In this document: in pieces, positions 37,034-46,496 of the stretch
Numbering within the stretch: the first letter of the stretch is position 1
Layout of the letters: each line of letters begins with the position of its first letter
IMG/VR virus record: IMGVR_UViG_3300037488_003510
Reading direction: 5' to 3' (one strand)
From: an uncultured virus (IMG/VR IMGVR_UViG_3300037488_003510)
Taxonomy: Duplodnaviria; Heunggongvirae; Uroviricota; Caudoviricetes
Length of the DNA: 64,000 nt
Made by a program: the position numbers and the translations under genes
The notes under the pieces: generated by a model
Told to the model about the DNA's origin: nothing
Databases searched by the model: none
The model's input: the letters and a program-made list of their open reading frames with translations, nothing else

Positions 37034-37921
37034 CTACAGCTTAGCCGTTGCCATGGCTGCCTTAAGTCTAGCCTTGGCGACCTCTTCCTCTTCCATAATC
37101 TTTTCCATTGCTTCAGTGTCAACTATATGACTGAACTCCTCACGAATGAGTTTAGCCAACACATTGGGAGGAAGAGCGTCGACCTCCCAGGACGAGTGGC
37201 CATGTTTTGCAATGTAGGCAGTGGACCTCGAATCGGTCAACTTGGCAGGATTAGGAGGTGGATTGTACTGCTCAACTTGATCCATGGTAAGTGCTACCTT
37301 CTTGACGACAAGTCTGCTCCCCAGGGACTCGCATCGAAATTCTCGCAAACGAGCTTCGATGTCTCTTACCATATCTTCTCCGCTTGGATCGTGGTCGCCT
37401 AGATACAGGATAGTAGTGGTGCGAAAACCACCGCGCTCGCGAATTCGCCTGGCCGCTTCATACATCGCCGAAGCTGACGAGTAGCCCTTGTTGACCATCA
37501 ACGTGACATGGAATTCATCGGCCAAGGGTTCGAGGACACCTGCCAGTGCTTGCTTCTCTACCCACAATTCAGCGTAGTTTGGCTGCGTTTCCCAACGAGG
37601 AAGACGAAAGGCCCAGATTGCCGAGTTAACCACCTCCTTGATAGATCTCCATTCCGACGCCCGCGTCGGCACTCTCCCCCTATCCTCGATGGCGCTCCAG
37701 TCAACAAGCCCTGCGTAGCGAGCATCAGCCAGCAGCGAGGTCAGCCTCTTGTACTCGGCTGGCGTGTTGGGAATGATATCTCTACTCACGAACTGATAGT
37801 AGAGTTGACGAGCCGTTAGTCGCAGTCCTTGCTCCGAATACTCATCGACAATCTCAACCATCCGTTTGATTTTGGCCAAGGCGTCAGCCCGGAACTTCTT
37901 CGGTCTAAATTGCTCTAACAT
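37034..37921 (-). CDS. Topo VI-A/Spo11-like winged-helix plus Toprim protein
   Basis: LTARQLYYQ (Tyr), ELWVEK, KGYSS and ILYLGDHDPSG (DxD), plus WEVDAL. Confidence 0.8.
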   Translation of the reverse strand: MLEQFRPKKFRADALAKIKRMVEIVDEYSEQGLRLTARQLYYQFVSRDIIPNTPAEYKRLTSLLADARYAGLVDWSAIEDRGRVPTRASEWRSIKEVVNSAIWAFRLPRWETQPNYAELWVEKQALAGVLEPLADEFHVTLMVNKGYSSASAMYEAARRIRERGGFRTTTILYLGDHDPSGEDMVRDIEARLREFRCESLGSRLVVKKVALTMDQVEQYNPPPNPAKLTDSRSTAYIAKHGHSSWEVDALPPNVLAKLIREEFSHIVDTEAMEKIMEEEEVAKARLKAAMATAKL

Positions 37922-37945
37922 TGAAACACCAATCAATCGATAAGA

Positions 37946-38221
37946 CTACTTAGACAAAGTCTTGAGGTTCGGACACACCTTCGAGGCGAAATCAAGTGCT
38001 GCCGTATAGGACGGCGCCACGTAGATCTTGTCCGCACTGAAACTGCGATGTTGGACCACTATCACCTTGTCCCTTCGGTATGCATCCCACTCTGGACCTG
38101 ACTCCATCCAGCAATAATCGGTTGCTCCACTTGAAAAAACTGCGAATCCTACACAAACAAAGACCAGCAAGGCAATCACTAACGCGATCACACTCGCAAT
38201 AAGGGGCCATACTCTTTCCAT
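37946..38221 (-). CDS. Small membrane protein
   Basis: N-terminal TM helix. Confidence 0.5.
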   Translation of the reverse strand: MERVWPLIASVIALVIALLVFVCVGFAVFSSGATDYCWMESGPEWDAYRRDKVIVVQHRSFSADKIYVAPSYTAALDFASKVCPNLKTLSK

Positions 38222-38439
38222 TGACGTTCTTCCTTTCTCAATAACTCCGTTATTCAAAAACTTGAAAGATCGACTTGGCTCAAACACTTATTTTCCGAAC
38301 TGTCTCCTATCTCGGGGCAAAGATCTTGTAGACGAAAAACTGGTTCCCCTCGGCTATCCAGTCTAGAACTAGGAACACCACAACCGCAAAAGCTAGAAAC
38401 CCCACAACTTTTTTCACATGTATCATGAGCGTATCCCTT

Positions 38440-38835
38440 TCATTCGTCATCGCTGTCATCATCGTTCTCATTGTCTTCGGTTCGCTGAGGTGGCATAAAC
38501 CTGCGCGGTCTAGTATCACTGTCTCTCTCCGGCCTAGGTCTAGCCTTCACAACTATGACCTCATCGGTGCTACCTGAGCCTCCGGATGGAGGCACGGAAA
38601 TGCCCTTCAGATGTCGCTTGAAACGCTCGGTGAGTTGCCTCTCTTCGCTGCTTTGAGCAGACATTGCAATTGGCACCCGATATGACCCGACTGTTCGTTT
38701 AGGCCCCGATTTGGAAGGTAACAGAGGAGGCAAATCATGTTCCACCACACCCATGGCTCTCAAGGCGCCAGTCATAATCCGGCTCGCGATGCCTTCGCTG
38801 GGAGTTTCTGGCTTCGGAGAGCGAGACTTCTTCAT
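38440..38835 (-). CDS. Low-complexity hypothetical protein
   Basis: Basic and Pro-rich with an acidic tail. Confidence 0.5.
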   Translation of the reverse strand: MKKSRSPKPETPSEGIASRIMTGALRAMGVVEHDLPPLLPSKSGPKRTVGSYRVPIAMSAQSSEERQLTERFKRHLKGISVPPSGGSGSTDEVIVVKARPRPERDSDTRPRRFMPPQRTEDNENDDDSDDE

Positions 38836-38838
38836 TGG

Positions 38839-39330
38839 CTACCTCTTCTTCACTAGGTGTGTCTTGCGGACAACAAACGGAGTCTTCGATCTGTGCCGCA
38901 CAACAATATCACCGTCCGGTAAGACCTTCTCAACCGTCAGATCGTCTAGGAAACTTGGATCGCTCTGGATGTAATCCGCGAACGCTGCTTCGTATTTGGC
39001 TCGGGACTTCAACTTCGGATTGATGGACACCTGCTGGCCCTCTTCGGGCATCCAAGACGACGACTTAGGAGGAGGTCGATAACCCGATTTGTCTAACTCC
39101 ATCATCTGCTCCATCACCCACTTCATAGGCTTTCGAATAGACGACAACACCGACAGTAATGACTCCAACCGAGCATTTGGTTGGGAATCTTTGACATCTC
39201 GCCAAGACTTCAACCGATTTTCGGCTAGTGCGGAGTAACGGTCGGACTTCTCGATGTTGCGGAGTAAACGCGATACAGGAGTGCTCCGCTTGTACACTTT
39301 CTTCTTCGGCTTCCTCGGCTTCTTGGACAT
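38839..39330 (-). CDS. Basic hypothetical protein (distant paralog of 48090..48593)
   Basis: K-rich N-terminus, EGQQVSI and VRKTHL vs EGDSISF and VPRGHL. Confidence 0.55.
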   Translation of the reverse strand: MSKKPRKPKKKVYKRSTPVSRLLRNIEKSDRYSALAENRLKSWRDVKDSQPNARLESLLSVLSSIRKPMKWVMEQMMELDKSGYRPPPKSSSWMPEEGQQVSINPKLKSRAKYEAAFADYIQSDPSFLDDLTVEKVLPDGDIVVRHRSKTPFVVRKTHLVKKR

Positions 39331-39339
39331 CAGCAACCT

Positions 39340-39624
39340 CTACTTTTCTTCGCTCTTCACCGAGGGGATAAGCGCGATCAGATCGGACACATTCTTCGAA
39401 TCGAGCTTTTCAGGTCCATCGAGGGGGTCAAAAATGCAATACGCCTTGAGCCTTTCGTAAAGCAGCCTGGTCAGCGTCAACAGCGTCAAGTCGCGACCCG
39501 TGCGATCACAGACCACTTCAATCTGTCCCCCATTGGCGACAAGATCGGACAATTCCAGCATGGATACATACGAGGCCGTTGCGCTGTTGTAAAGCTTGCG
39601 ATTTCCGTACCGGGTGATTTTCAT
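39340..39624 (-). CDS. PhaR-like (PHB/PHA accumulation regulator) DNA-binding domain protein
   Basis: ITRYGNRKLYN..SYVSMLELSDLV..IEVVCDRTGRDLT..L pattern. Confidence 0.82.
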   Translation of the reverse strand: MKITRYGNRKLYNSATASYVSMLELSDLVANGGQIEVVCDRTGRDLTLLTLTRLLYERLKAYCIFDPLDGPEKLDSKNVSDLIALIPSVKSEEK

Positions 39625-39630
39625 TGCTCC

Positions 39631-39840
39631 TCATTCTCCCTTTTCGAGTCGTTGCTTCAAAATCTCTACTACCCCCTTGTAGTAACCAGCATAGTAGCTG
39701 TTTTGGATATCGAGATGGTTCGAATCCGGAGTCGCTGTAACTGTGATGCCTTCATAGGTATCTACAACCGGCTTCCCTCCTAGACGGGTCCTGACGAGCA
39801 TGCTGTCAACAAAAGAATCCCATGATCTACGCTTTGTCAT
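39631..39840 (-). CDS. Hypothetical protein
   Basis: ATGA-coupled ORF. Confidence 0.5.
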   Translation of the reverse strand: MTKRRSWDSFVDSMLVRTRLGGKPVVDTYEGITVTATPDSNHLDIQNSYYAGYYKGVVEILKQRLEKGE

Positions 39841-40397
39841 CCTTGCGGCCCCCTTCGTGTTTCGATTTCGTCCTGAAGCTCCGATGCCAAGTCTCGGCAA
39901 GATCGGATTACACGCCGAGTAGTCTCCATATGGCCGCAAAACTTGTTCATGTCTGCTGCCAAGGTGTGAAGAATCACAACTGTCTGTCCCATCTTCGTCA
40001 GAATCTCAACATCTTGAGGATTTCTGTATACCGTGGCATCAACCCCGAACCGTCCATGCTGATAGACTTCTGGCACCGCCATCATCCCTACATGAGCCGG
40101 TAAACCAGGCAAGGCCGGGGGCGCCATGCTCGGAGCTACAATGCCCACCTCCCTAAGCCTCACGGGCAACGTCTGGAGGCTCACAGGCGCCTGCGAGACA
40201 GGAAGAGCCTCCAGAGGCGGCAACGAGGTCGTCACGACCGCCTTACGCTCGCACGTAGCACACGAGGCCACACCCCTGGGCACGACAACACGACATGAGA
40301 CACAGGCTAGCTGAGGAGCAAAGCCCGCCTTGCAGATGAGGCACTGGCTGAAACCCGGAGGAACATCGTTTTTGCAGACCGTACAGAATAAAGGCAT
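39837..40397 (-). CDS. Double zinc-ribbon protein
   Basis: CTVC..CLIC..CVSC..CATC followed by a Pro-rich linker. Confidence 0.65.
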   Translation of the reverse strand: MPLFCTVCKNDVPPGFSQCLICKAGFAPQLACVSCRVVVPRGVASCATCERKAVVTTSLPPLEALPVSQAPVSLQTLPVRLREVGIVAPSMAPPALPGLPAHVGMMAVPEVYQHGRFGVDATVYRNPQDVEILTKMGQTVVILHTLAADMNKFCGHMETTRRVIRSCRDLASELQDEIETRRGPQG

Positions 40398-40411
40398 TGG
40401 CCACCTGCTTG

Positions 40412-40690
40412 TTAAAAAGGTCCAGATTGGAGTTTTTCTGGAACCGTCCATCCCTGTTTCTTTTCATACTTACGAACTAAGTCCAACATTGCGACTAATT
40501 CCTCGCGCGAATACCCGTCAGGCTCCCTTGTGTTTCGAATCACAATTGACATTTCAAGGGGACCGAACCAGCAAGTATACAAGATGCGATTCGCGCATGC
40601 TCCGAACAATCTGGGAACAGATCCTCTGGTCGCAAACACGATCACTCGGTACCAAAACCATTCTCGAAAACTCCAGGTTCTAGGCTTCAT
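40412..40690 (-). CDS. Hypothetical protein
   Basis: ORF with GGAG RBS. Confidence 0.45.
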   Translation of the reverse strand: MKPRTWSFREWFWYRVIVFATRGSVPRLFGACANRILYTCWFGPLEMSIVIRNTREPDGYSREELVAMLDLVRKYEKKQGWTVPEKLQSGPF

Positions 40691-40713
40691 CTTTCAGTCT
40701 CCTCTCCGGATGG

Positions 40714-41070
40714 CTACAACTTTTCCTTCGACAACATTTTCCTCAAGGACAATCGAGTAGCCGGAGAGCAATCGAGAAGTATCCTCCTAGCCTCCTTGTC
40801 GCTCGGTAAAATACTGTCGTTGCGAGTGAGATGGAAGTCATTCAATGGCTCGCAAACCCAGGATGAACACTCGCAGACACTATTCTCCAGATCGGTGAGA
40901 AGAACTGAAGTAATTAAGCCACAGCAACAACCACAAAAAGCCTGAGAGTTGCGTAGATAGTAATTCTGTTGTGGATTCACAATAATGAGATTTCCGAGCC
41001 TCTTCGAGTCATCTATCTCAAAAGAAGCAACCTCAACTCCATCATGCAAGACCTTAAAGGCACTTTTCAT
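40714..41070 (-). CDS. Cys-containing hypothetical protein
   Basis: Likely start MKSAFK. Confidence 0.45.
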   Translation of the reverse strand: MKSAFKVLHDGVEVASFEIDDSKRLGNLIIVNPQQNYYLRNSQAFCGCCCGLITSVLLTDLENSVCECSSWVCEPLNDFHLTRNDSILPSDKEARRILLDCSPATRLSLRKMLSKEKL

Positions 41071-42169
41071 TTGTCCATCTCTTTTCAGCCTTTTCATCGG
41101 CATTGGCATTGGGTTGTTCAGGACTACCTGCTCCTCCGAATCCGCCAGCTGCTGAAATCCCAGTACATGCATTTGGCTGATCACGATTCCCGGCTCCTCC
41201 GAATCCGCCAGCTGCTGAAATCCCAGTACATGCATTTGGCTGATCACGATTCCCGGCTCCTCCGAAATGTGGGCTTCGAACCACCCATCGCAGATCGTAG
41301 GCAACCTTTCCCGCACCTCCTCCTCCGATACCGAGACCTCCAATTGTCGGATCTGAAAACGTGTTGAGATAGAAACGGAGAGAGTTTCGCTCCTCGGGTG
41401 TCATCTTCGAAATGACTGGCTTAATGGAATCTAAAGCTTCTCCCGAGGACTTGCATTCACTGGAAACGGCATCACCGGCTCCACCTCCTCCACCGCCCCT
41501 CGGATTCATGTGTCGAGATCTGACTAAGTCAGCCGTGTGCTTGTTCGTTGGAACGATCACGATGCCAGTGTCCGTGGTGATGACAGTCTTGTGCTCTAGG
41601 AAACATTTCCAGCCGCCGCAATGCTCCTGAATGGCAAGGCACATATCCAATGGATCATAGTCACCCTGCTCCAAGATGACCGCCATAGCCTCTTCCAGAT
41701 CGCTCTTTGCTAGAGGCAATAGCATCCTTCTCAGATCATCATTAGGCAGTTGTTCGAGTTTTTCCGGGAAAGAAACCGATTTGCCACACCCCAACACCTG
41801 GCCTTCATCTCCCCCTCCCACATCCTCGCGCAACCGAAGAACCCCTCCAGTCCTCCGTTTGACACGCATCCACTCCACTAAACCCGTAGAGCCAGGCTTA
41901 AGCTTACCCAACATGACCAAAATCAAGTCAGAATCTGGTCTAATCACCTCGAAAATAGAATCGCGCCTGATTTGCAACTTGCGCAACAGTCTAGTCGCGT
42001 ATTCAATCTCGCCTTCCTTGTGATTGATGAAAACGACCAGTTGAAACAGTTCGTCAGCTTTTGAGGTAATGCGCAACTTGGCTGTCATGAATTCTTGAAC
42101 TTCCAACTCTTCTTTTGGTAGCCCAATCACACTGGCAACCAAGCTTAACACACGGTCAGTTGTTTCCAT
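41054..42169 (-). CDS. Hypothetical protein with Gly-rich repeated C-terminus
   Basis: 371 aa, containing GGAGNRDQPNACTGISAAGGF twice. Confidence 0.6.
   Translation of the reverse strand: METTDRVLSLVASVIGLPKEELEVQEFMTAKLRITSKADELFQLVVFINHKEGEIEYATRLLRKLQIRRDSIFEVIRPDSDLILVMLGKLKPGSTGLVEWMRVKRRTGGVLRLREDVGGGDEGQVLGCGKSVSFPEKLEQLPNDDLRRMLLPLAKSDLEEAMAVILEQGDYDPLDMCLAIQEHCGGWKCFLEHKTVITTDTGIVIVPTNKHTADLVRSRHMNPRGGGGGGAGDAVSSECKSSGEALDSIKPVISKMTPEERNSLRFYLNTFSDPTIGGLGIGGGGAGKVAYDLRWVVRSPHFGGAGNRDQPNACTGISAAGGFGGAGNRDQPNACTGISAAGGFGGAGSPEQPNANADEKAEKRWTNEKCL
41130..41266. repeat. Exact 63-bp tandem repeat (2 copies plus 11-bp partial)
   Basis: Unit GCTCCTCCGAATCCGCCAGC...CACGATTCCCG. Confidence 0.95.
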
Positions 42170-42177
42170 GCCATCCC

Positions 42178-43005
42178 CTACTTCGACAAGAACAGTCGTC
42201 CCCAGTCCAGTGAGATCGTGTTGTTAATCTCAGTGCTATCCACGAAGGTCTTCAAGCAGTCGTTGTACTCCTCAGCGTTCACCTTGCCAAAATGATGACG
42301 AGTCCGAAGGAACAGCAGCGCCGTTTCGATGGAATCTTGGAGGCAATACCTCGCGACGCCTGCTTGAAGCTCGCCTGCGTTGCAGGTCGGATCGGAAATG
42401 GTCTTCCGATAGATCCCATCGACACTGGCCCCAGTCATGTCGAGCTTTCCAGGCAACCCTACCAACCGAGTTGCATCATGCAACTTCATAGGCCGCGTGG
42501 CGCCAAAGTCCGACAAGTAGTCCATCAAGTCAAGATGCCCCGCATCCGAGTACCTGTACCGAACATCGCGACCTGCATAGTACCAAGGACACGCTACTCC
42601 CTGCTTGAGCGAGCGCAAAGCAATGACGGGTAAGTCGAAAGTCCGGCCATTCCAGGTAACCAAAGCGTCGCCTGAACCAAAGGCCCCCATGAACTCTCCA
42701 AACCACACCAACAGCGATCTCTCGTGCCGGTCTAGAAACTGTTCCTCGCGCCCCCACTGACAAGCCGTCTCGCATCGCAAGAATCGGTATTTGGGCGATC
42801 TCGCGGCGTCGCAAGCAATATCCACAAAAGAAATGGACACCACCCTCTGAGCATGCGGAGGAGGGAACGGCGCTATCAGCTCGGCAACCACGCCTCGCTC
42901 TAGCGAATTACTACTGAAGTGAGGGACGATCTTGTATTGAGGATCGCCCTGAGTCCAGCAAGTTAGATCCGGAATTGTCTCAATGTCCATTGCTCGAAAA
43001 ATCAC
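42178..43005 (-). CDS. Stand-alone DnaQ-like 3'-5' exonuclease (PolB exo2 type)
   Basis: DIET (ExoI), WNGRTFD (ExoII), HLDLMD and YCLQD (ExoIII). Confidence 0.9.
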   Translation of the reverse strand: MIFRAMDIETIPDLTCWTQGDPQYKIVPHFSSNSLERGVVAELIAPFPPPHAQRVVSISFVDIACDAARSPKYRFLRCETACQWGREEQFLDRHERSLLVWFGEFMGAFGSGDALVTWNGRTFDLPVIALRSLKQGVACPWYYAGRDVRYRYSDAGHLDLMDYLSDFGATRPMKLHDATRLVGLPGKLDMTGASVDGIYRKTISDPTCNAGELQAGVARYCLQDSIETALLFLRTRHHFGKVNAEEYNDCLKTFVDSTEINNTISLDWGRLFLSK

Positions 43006-43640
43006 GCTTCACCTCCTAGACCTACAACCGTCGCGTAAACAGGCAACTTTGGTAAGGTAGGGTCCATCCCCCACAACTCATAGAACCTCTTCAGGAAGGC
43101 ATCACGGGCCTCACGGGGAGACAGAAGCCTCAACTCGCCCTTTAATGCCGACTTAGCGTGCGAGTCCCAAACCACATGATCGTCATCGAACAGTTTGCTC
43201 ATTTCAAGTGCCAGTATCTGATGATCTGACACCCGAACACTATGTGCTTGATCTGTTGGCAGTCGTCCCAGACAAAAAACCTCTATCGTAATAAGCTCTT
43301 GCCATCTGGCTTCCCAGAAACCGTAATTGGCACCGTTCAACGGTCCTTGACACAAAACCATCTTCAGGGGGTTGATCACATCTCCCAAGTAAGCTTCAGC
43401 GGCATCGTGTAGAAGGAAATGAAGCCCATATCGAGGATTCCATTCTCCCTTCCAAGGACCTAACTTCCCATACTGTTCGACCAACAAGGAATGCTCAGCC
43501 ACGGAATAGAAATCTCTACAGTGACCCCCAAACCGGCAGGTCATGGACAAAGCGTGAGCAATGTCTCGAATGTCGATGTCTTCCAGCCTCGGGCGCTCGA
43601 TGTCAATGAGCTTCCCGGTATACGTCATCATGCGCGGCAT
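43002..43640 (-). CDS. HD-domain nucleotide phosphohydrolase (YfbR-like)
   Basis: DIAHALS..RFGGH..YSVAEHS..LLHDAAEAYLGD. Confidence 0.9.
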   Translation of the reverse strand: MPRMMTYTGKLIDIERPRLEDIDIRDIAHALSMTCRFGGHCRDFYSVAEHSLLVEQYGKLGPWKGEWNPRYGLHFLLHDAAEAYLGDVINPLKMVLCQGPLNGANYGFWEARWQELITIEVFCLGRLPTDQAHSVRVSDHQILALEMSKLFDDDHVVWDSHAKSALKGELRLLSPREARDAFLKRFYELWGMDPTLPKLPVYATVVGLGGEA

Positions 43641-43663
43641 TCAGATCGCTCCTCCAATCGGCA

Positions 43664-43692
43664 TTTTTACCCGGTCATTCACGAGGTGTCAA
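43664..43692 (-). promoter_or_regulatory. Predicted sigma70-type promoter
   Basis: TTGACA-N17-TAAAAA upstream of a GGAGGAG RBS. Confidence 0.6.
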
Positions 43693-43705
43693 GTGACTAT
43701 TTTGG

Positions 43706-44431
43706 CTAGCCGTCATAGGGCAACACCACCTGCCGCTGAGCGGCCTTGTAGCCTCGCAGAAACGCCTCCTCGTCCTCGGCGTCATCAAGAGCCATGTTCA
43801 CGCGATTCGGATCGTACTGAGCCTCAATATGATCGGTCGCCTCGTCCTGCTCCTCGGGCAAGGCTACTCGCGCTATCACCTTATCCGAAGGCAAAGGCGA
43901 CTCCGCTTGAGCTGTAGGGCGACGTCGCATCATCACCACCACCGCTACTACCCAGCCACGTCGAAATGAATCGAGGTAGACCTCCGGATCGCTGTCCATG
44001 TCAAACAACATATAGTCCGGCAGGTCGGACAGTCGCTTAGCCTCAATTCGCTCGGCCTTAGACAACAGTTTCAGCAGCTCCAAAAACAGTTGAGCTGCCA
44101 AGTTCGCCATCCTGCGTCTCCCCACGATCCGAACCTTGCGACGCTCTCGCACACATAACGAAACCACCTCGCAACCGTAGAAACGAGCACACGCAGTGAC
44201 GAGTCCCAACTTCCACATCTCGTCAATTCGAAAGGCGCCCACGGGCTTCTCGGTCACGCCTCCCGAAGGCTCATGAGACGCAATCTCTTCCGGAGATATG
44301 TGATGACCTGCCATCAAACGGTCAGCTAATCCCTGGGCTACGGAAGCCTCATGGGAGTTGGCGCCGGAGGACCTCGCCACTGCCAAGAGCTTGGCTGCTC
44401 GTTCAATCAGGCGATTGCGATCCATTGACAC
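43706..44431 (-). CDS. DUF2786-domain phage protein
   Basis: LIERAAKLLAVA..NSHEASVA..LMAGHHI N-terminus, plus SFRRGW. Confidence 0.75.
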   Translation of the reverse strand: MSMDRNRLIERAAKLLAVARSSGANSHEASVAQGLADRLMAGHHISPEEIASHEPSGGVTEKPVGAFRIDEMWKLGLVTACARFYGCEVVSLCVRERRKVRIVGRRRMANLAAQLFLELLKLLSKAERIEAKRLSDLPDYMLFDMDSDPEVYLDSFRRGWVVAVVVMMRRRPTAQAESPLPSDKVIARVALPEEQDEATDHIEAQYDPNRVNMALDDAEDEEAFLRGYKAAQRQVVLPYDG

Positions 44432-44480
44432 CTAGGAACACCAAGAATCCAACAAACCAACTGATTATCACTAGCTGTGA

Positions 44481-44660
44481 TTAGAAAAGCACATGCTGCT
44501 CCACTCGAACATGTTCTATTACAATGAACTTCAGTGACTTCCCCTTGGGGTCAACTACCTCGATATCAAGCGAGTCCCCGTATTTCAAGTAGTGCCTAAC
44601 AACCTTCCCAACAGCCTCGTCAAAGCCGCGCTGGATTCTTCCTGCTACCTTGTACTTCAT
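44481..44660 (-). CDS. Small hypothetical protein
   Basis: ATGA-coupled, with GGAGG RBS. Confidence 0.5.
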   Translation of the reverse strand: MKYKVAGRIQRGFDEAVGKVVRHYLKYGDSLDIEVVDPKGKSLKFIVIEHVRVEQHVLF

Positions 44661-44992
44661 TGCAATCCTCCTTCGGCTTTCATTTGAAAAAGCAAAATGC
44701 CGACCATCTCCCGTTGGGTACCATTTGCACCGAGTATTGCTTCGTGCTCCTTCGTCCTGATGACGAAATGTTCGGCGTGCTCCTCGCATAAATCAACTAA
44801 GATTACACCTTCAAATAAAGCGCACAGTCTCCAGGAGAAAAACTGGAGTAACGATGGTACCTGCTCAATACGAACTCCCCTAATCGCGAGCTTCTTAACA
44901 GAACATGAGATGCAATCGATAACAAAACACCGATTGACACCCTGACATCGATCTCGCGAGTGAGGGTTCACTATGCAATACCCATCGTCCAT
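44657..44992 (-). CDS. Cys-containing hypothetical protein
   Basis: Coupled ORF. Confidence 0.45.
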   Translation of the reverse strand: MDDGYCIVNPHSRDRCQGVNRCFVIDCISCSVKKLAIRGVRIEQVPSLLQFFSWRLCALFEGVILVDLCEEHAEHFVIRTKEHEAILGANGTQREMVGILLFQMKAEGGLQ

Positions 44993-45013
44993 CGTAACTT
45001 ACCCCCAAAAAGC

Positions 45014-45262
45014 TCAAACCTTTCGACTCCTGCGTTTCCGTCCGCAATATCCCTTGGGGGAGTAGTCTCCCCGGAGCGGGAACAGGTACGTGAGCCCACG
45101 CCCGGAAACTCGCAGCGATTTGGCCTCCTCGATACAGGTGAGCCCCATGGTGCTGAAGATCCTACTGCACATCTCATTGGCTAAGGCTCGGGCCGCATCC
45201 AGTGTGTCCTTGTCGGTGCCAGGGCGATCAGCCAATTCTTCCCAGTTATCTTGCATAAACAT
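45014..45262 (-). CDS. Hypothetical protein
   Basis: Fits the operon spacing. Confidence 0.45.
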   Translation of the reverse strand: MFMQDNWEELADRPGTDKDTLDAARALANEMCSRIFSTMGLTCIEEAKSLRVSGRGLTYLFPLRGDYSPKGYCGRKRRSRKV

Positions 45263-45263
45263 G

Positions 45264-45680
45264 TCAGTTCATCTTGCTTGAAATCTCAGTCTTGTCAAGT
45301 GCTGGATAGTCAAGTTCAATCTTGGAAAACACCGAGTTAAGACGTTCCAGCACCTGGGAACAGGCAATGCCCCAGGTGCTGTCGTTGGTCTCCGTTGGAA
45401 TCACCTCATCCAGCCCGAGTCTGCGAGCTAAGCTGGCAATAACTGCCCGATGTACCAACAGCTCCTCACATTGGAACTGAGAGATTTTCGCTGCTTCGGA
45501 AAGCGAATGAGTGAGGTGCCATAGGTACAACTCATCCTCCTCAGTCGTGGTAGTTTCCACCAACTGGCCGGAAATGGCTCTGGTTACGATAGTTACTTCG
45601 AGGATTGTGCCGTTGTCCTCGCCGCCAAAGATCTGGCCAGAGTAGGCGAAAGGCAAGCTTAGGTACGCTTTGAAGGCCAT
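45264..45680 (-). CDS. Hypothetical protein
   Basis: Likely start MAFKAY after AGGAG. Confidence 0.55.
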   Translation of the reverse strand: MAFKAYLSLPFAYSGQIFGGEDNGTILEVTIVTRAISGQLVETTTTEEDELYLWHLTHSLSEAAKISQFQCEELLVHRAVIASLARRLGLDEVIPTETNDSTWGIACSQVLERLNSVFSKIELDYPALDKTEISSKMN

Positions 45681-45913
45681 AGCCAACTCCTGATCTTCTG
45701 AATCAACGAACTCCTGAGTGTGGTACTTGGAACCAGAGCGTAAGTGGCAAACTCGCAGGATATTTGCAATCCAGCAAGGAAAACCATCGAGCAAGCAACA
45801 GTGGAATCGCCACCGAAAATGACAGTTCGAATCAGAACTCCTCCGGGGACTTCGGCCGCATACGTCCGGTTAGGCCCAGTCCCTTCTCCGATGTCTCTCC
45901 AGTAAAACGACAT
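45659..45913 (-). CDS. Hypothetical phage protein
   Basis: TYAAEVPGGVLIRT..SMVF pattern. Confidence 0.55.
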   Translation of the reverse strand: MSFYWRDIGEGTGPNRTYAAEVPGGVLIRTVIFGGDSTVACSMVFLAGLQISCEFATYALVPSTTLRSSLIQKIRSWLWPSKRT

Positions 45914-46209
45914 CAGTCTTTCTCCATGTGGTATTTAGGGCGAGGTGTCGGAGGCGATTCGGTGTAATCGAAGGCTGAGATCTCCTCATCCAGAAACTCC
46001 TGAAACGGCGTGGAAGATCGGTCGCTGGTCCACTCCACCTCGGAACAGATTCCAGCTACCCACCAGAAATACGAGATTTCAACGTCGTGGCTCTTCAACC
46101 AAGGGCATAGGATGGAGGTGAACCACTCTCCAAAATCCTCGGGAGCCTCCACGAAGTAAACGACTCGCCTGGTAGAAGAAAGTCCATTGTCGATGATGTA
46201 GGTTTTCAT
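45913..46209 (-). CDS. Tandem paralog A (FVEAPEDFGEWF family)
   Basis: Ends PRPKYHMEKD. Confidence 0.65.
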   Translation of the reverse strand: MKTYIIDNGLSSTRRVVYFVEAPEDFGEWFTSILCPWLKSHDVEISYFWWVAGICSEVEWTSDRSSTPFQEFLDEEISAFDYTESPPTPRPKYHMEKD

Positions 46210-46496
46210 TCTTTCTCCCTATGGTATTTAGGACGTGGCCCCAGACGAGACATCTTGTATAGAGAATCTGGAAGATAGTCAATTTGCGACTTCAAGAAAA
46301 GCTGAAACGGTACTGAAGTTTTGCCTGCTGACCACTTTATCTCATTGCATATCCCCACTACCGACCAGTCGTCTGCTCCCTTGAGCCACTTAAGCAGAAC
46401 GGAAATAAACCACTCTCCAAAATCTTCGGGGGCCTCTACGAAAAACACGGAGCGGTCGGGATCACAAACTCCATTGACAATGATGTAGATCGGCAT
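46206..46496 (-). CDS. Tandem paralog B (FVEAPEDFGEWF family)
   Basis: Ends PRPKYHREKE. Confidence 0.65.
   Translation of the reverse strand: MPIYIIVNGVCDPDRSVFFVEAPEDFGEWFISVLLKWLKGADDWSVVGICNEIKWSAGKTSVPFQLFLKSQIDYLPDSLYKMSRLGPRPKYHREKE

Noticed and set aside
39700..39740. GGTTCGAATCC as a tRNA T-loop
   Set aside because: The flanks do not form a T-stem or acceptor stem, and the site lies inside a coupled ORF.
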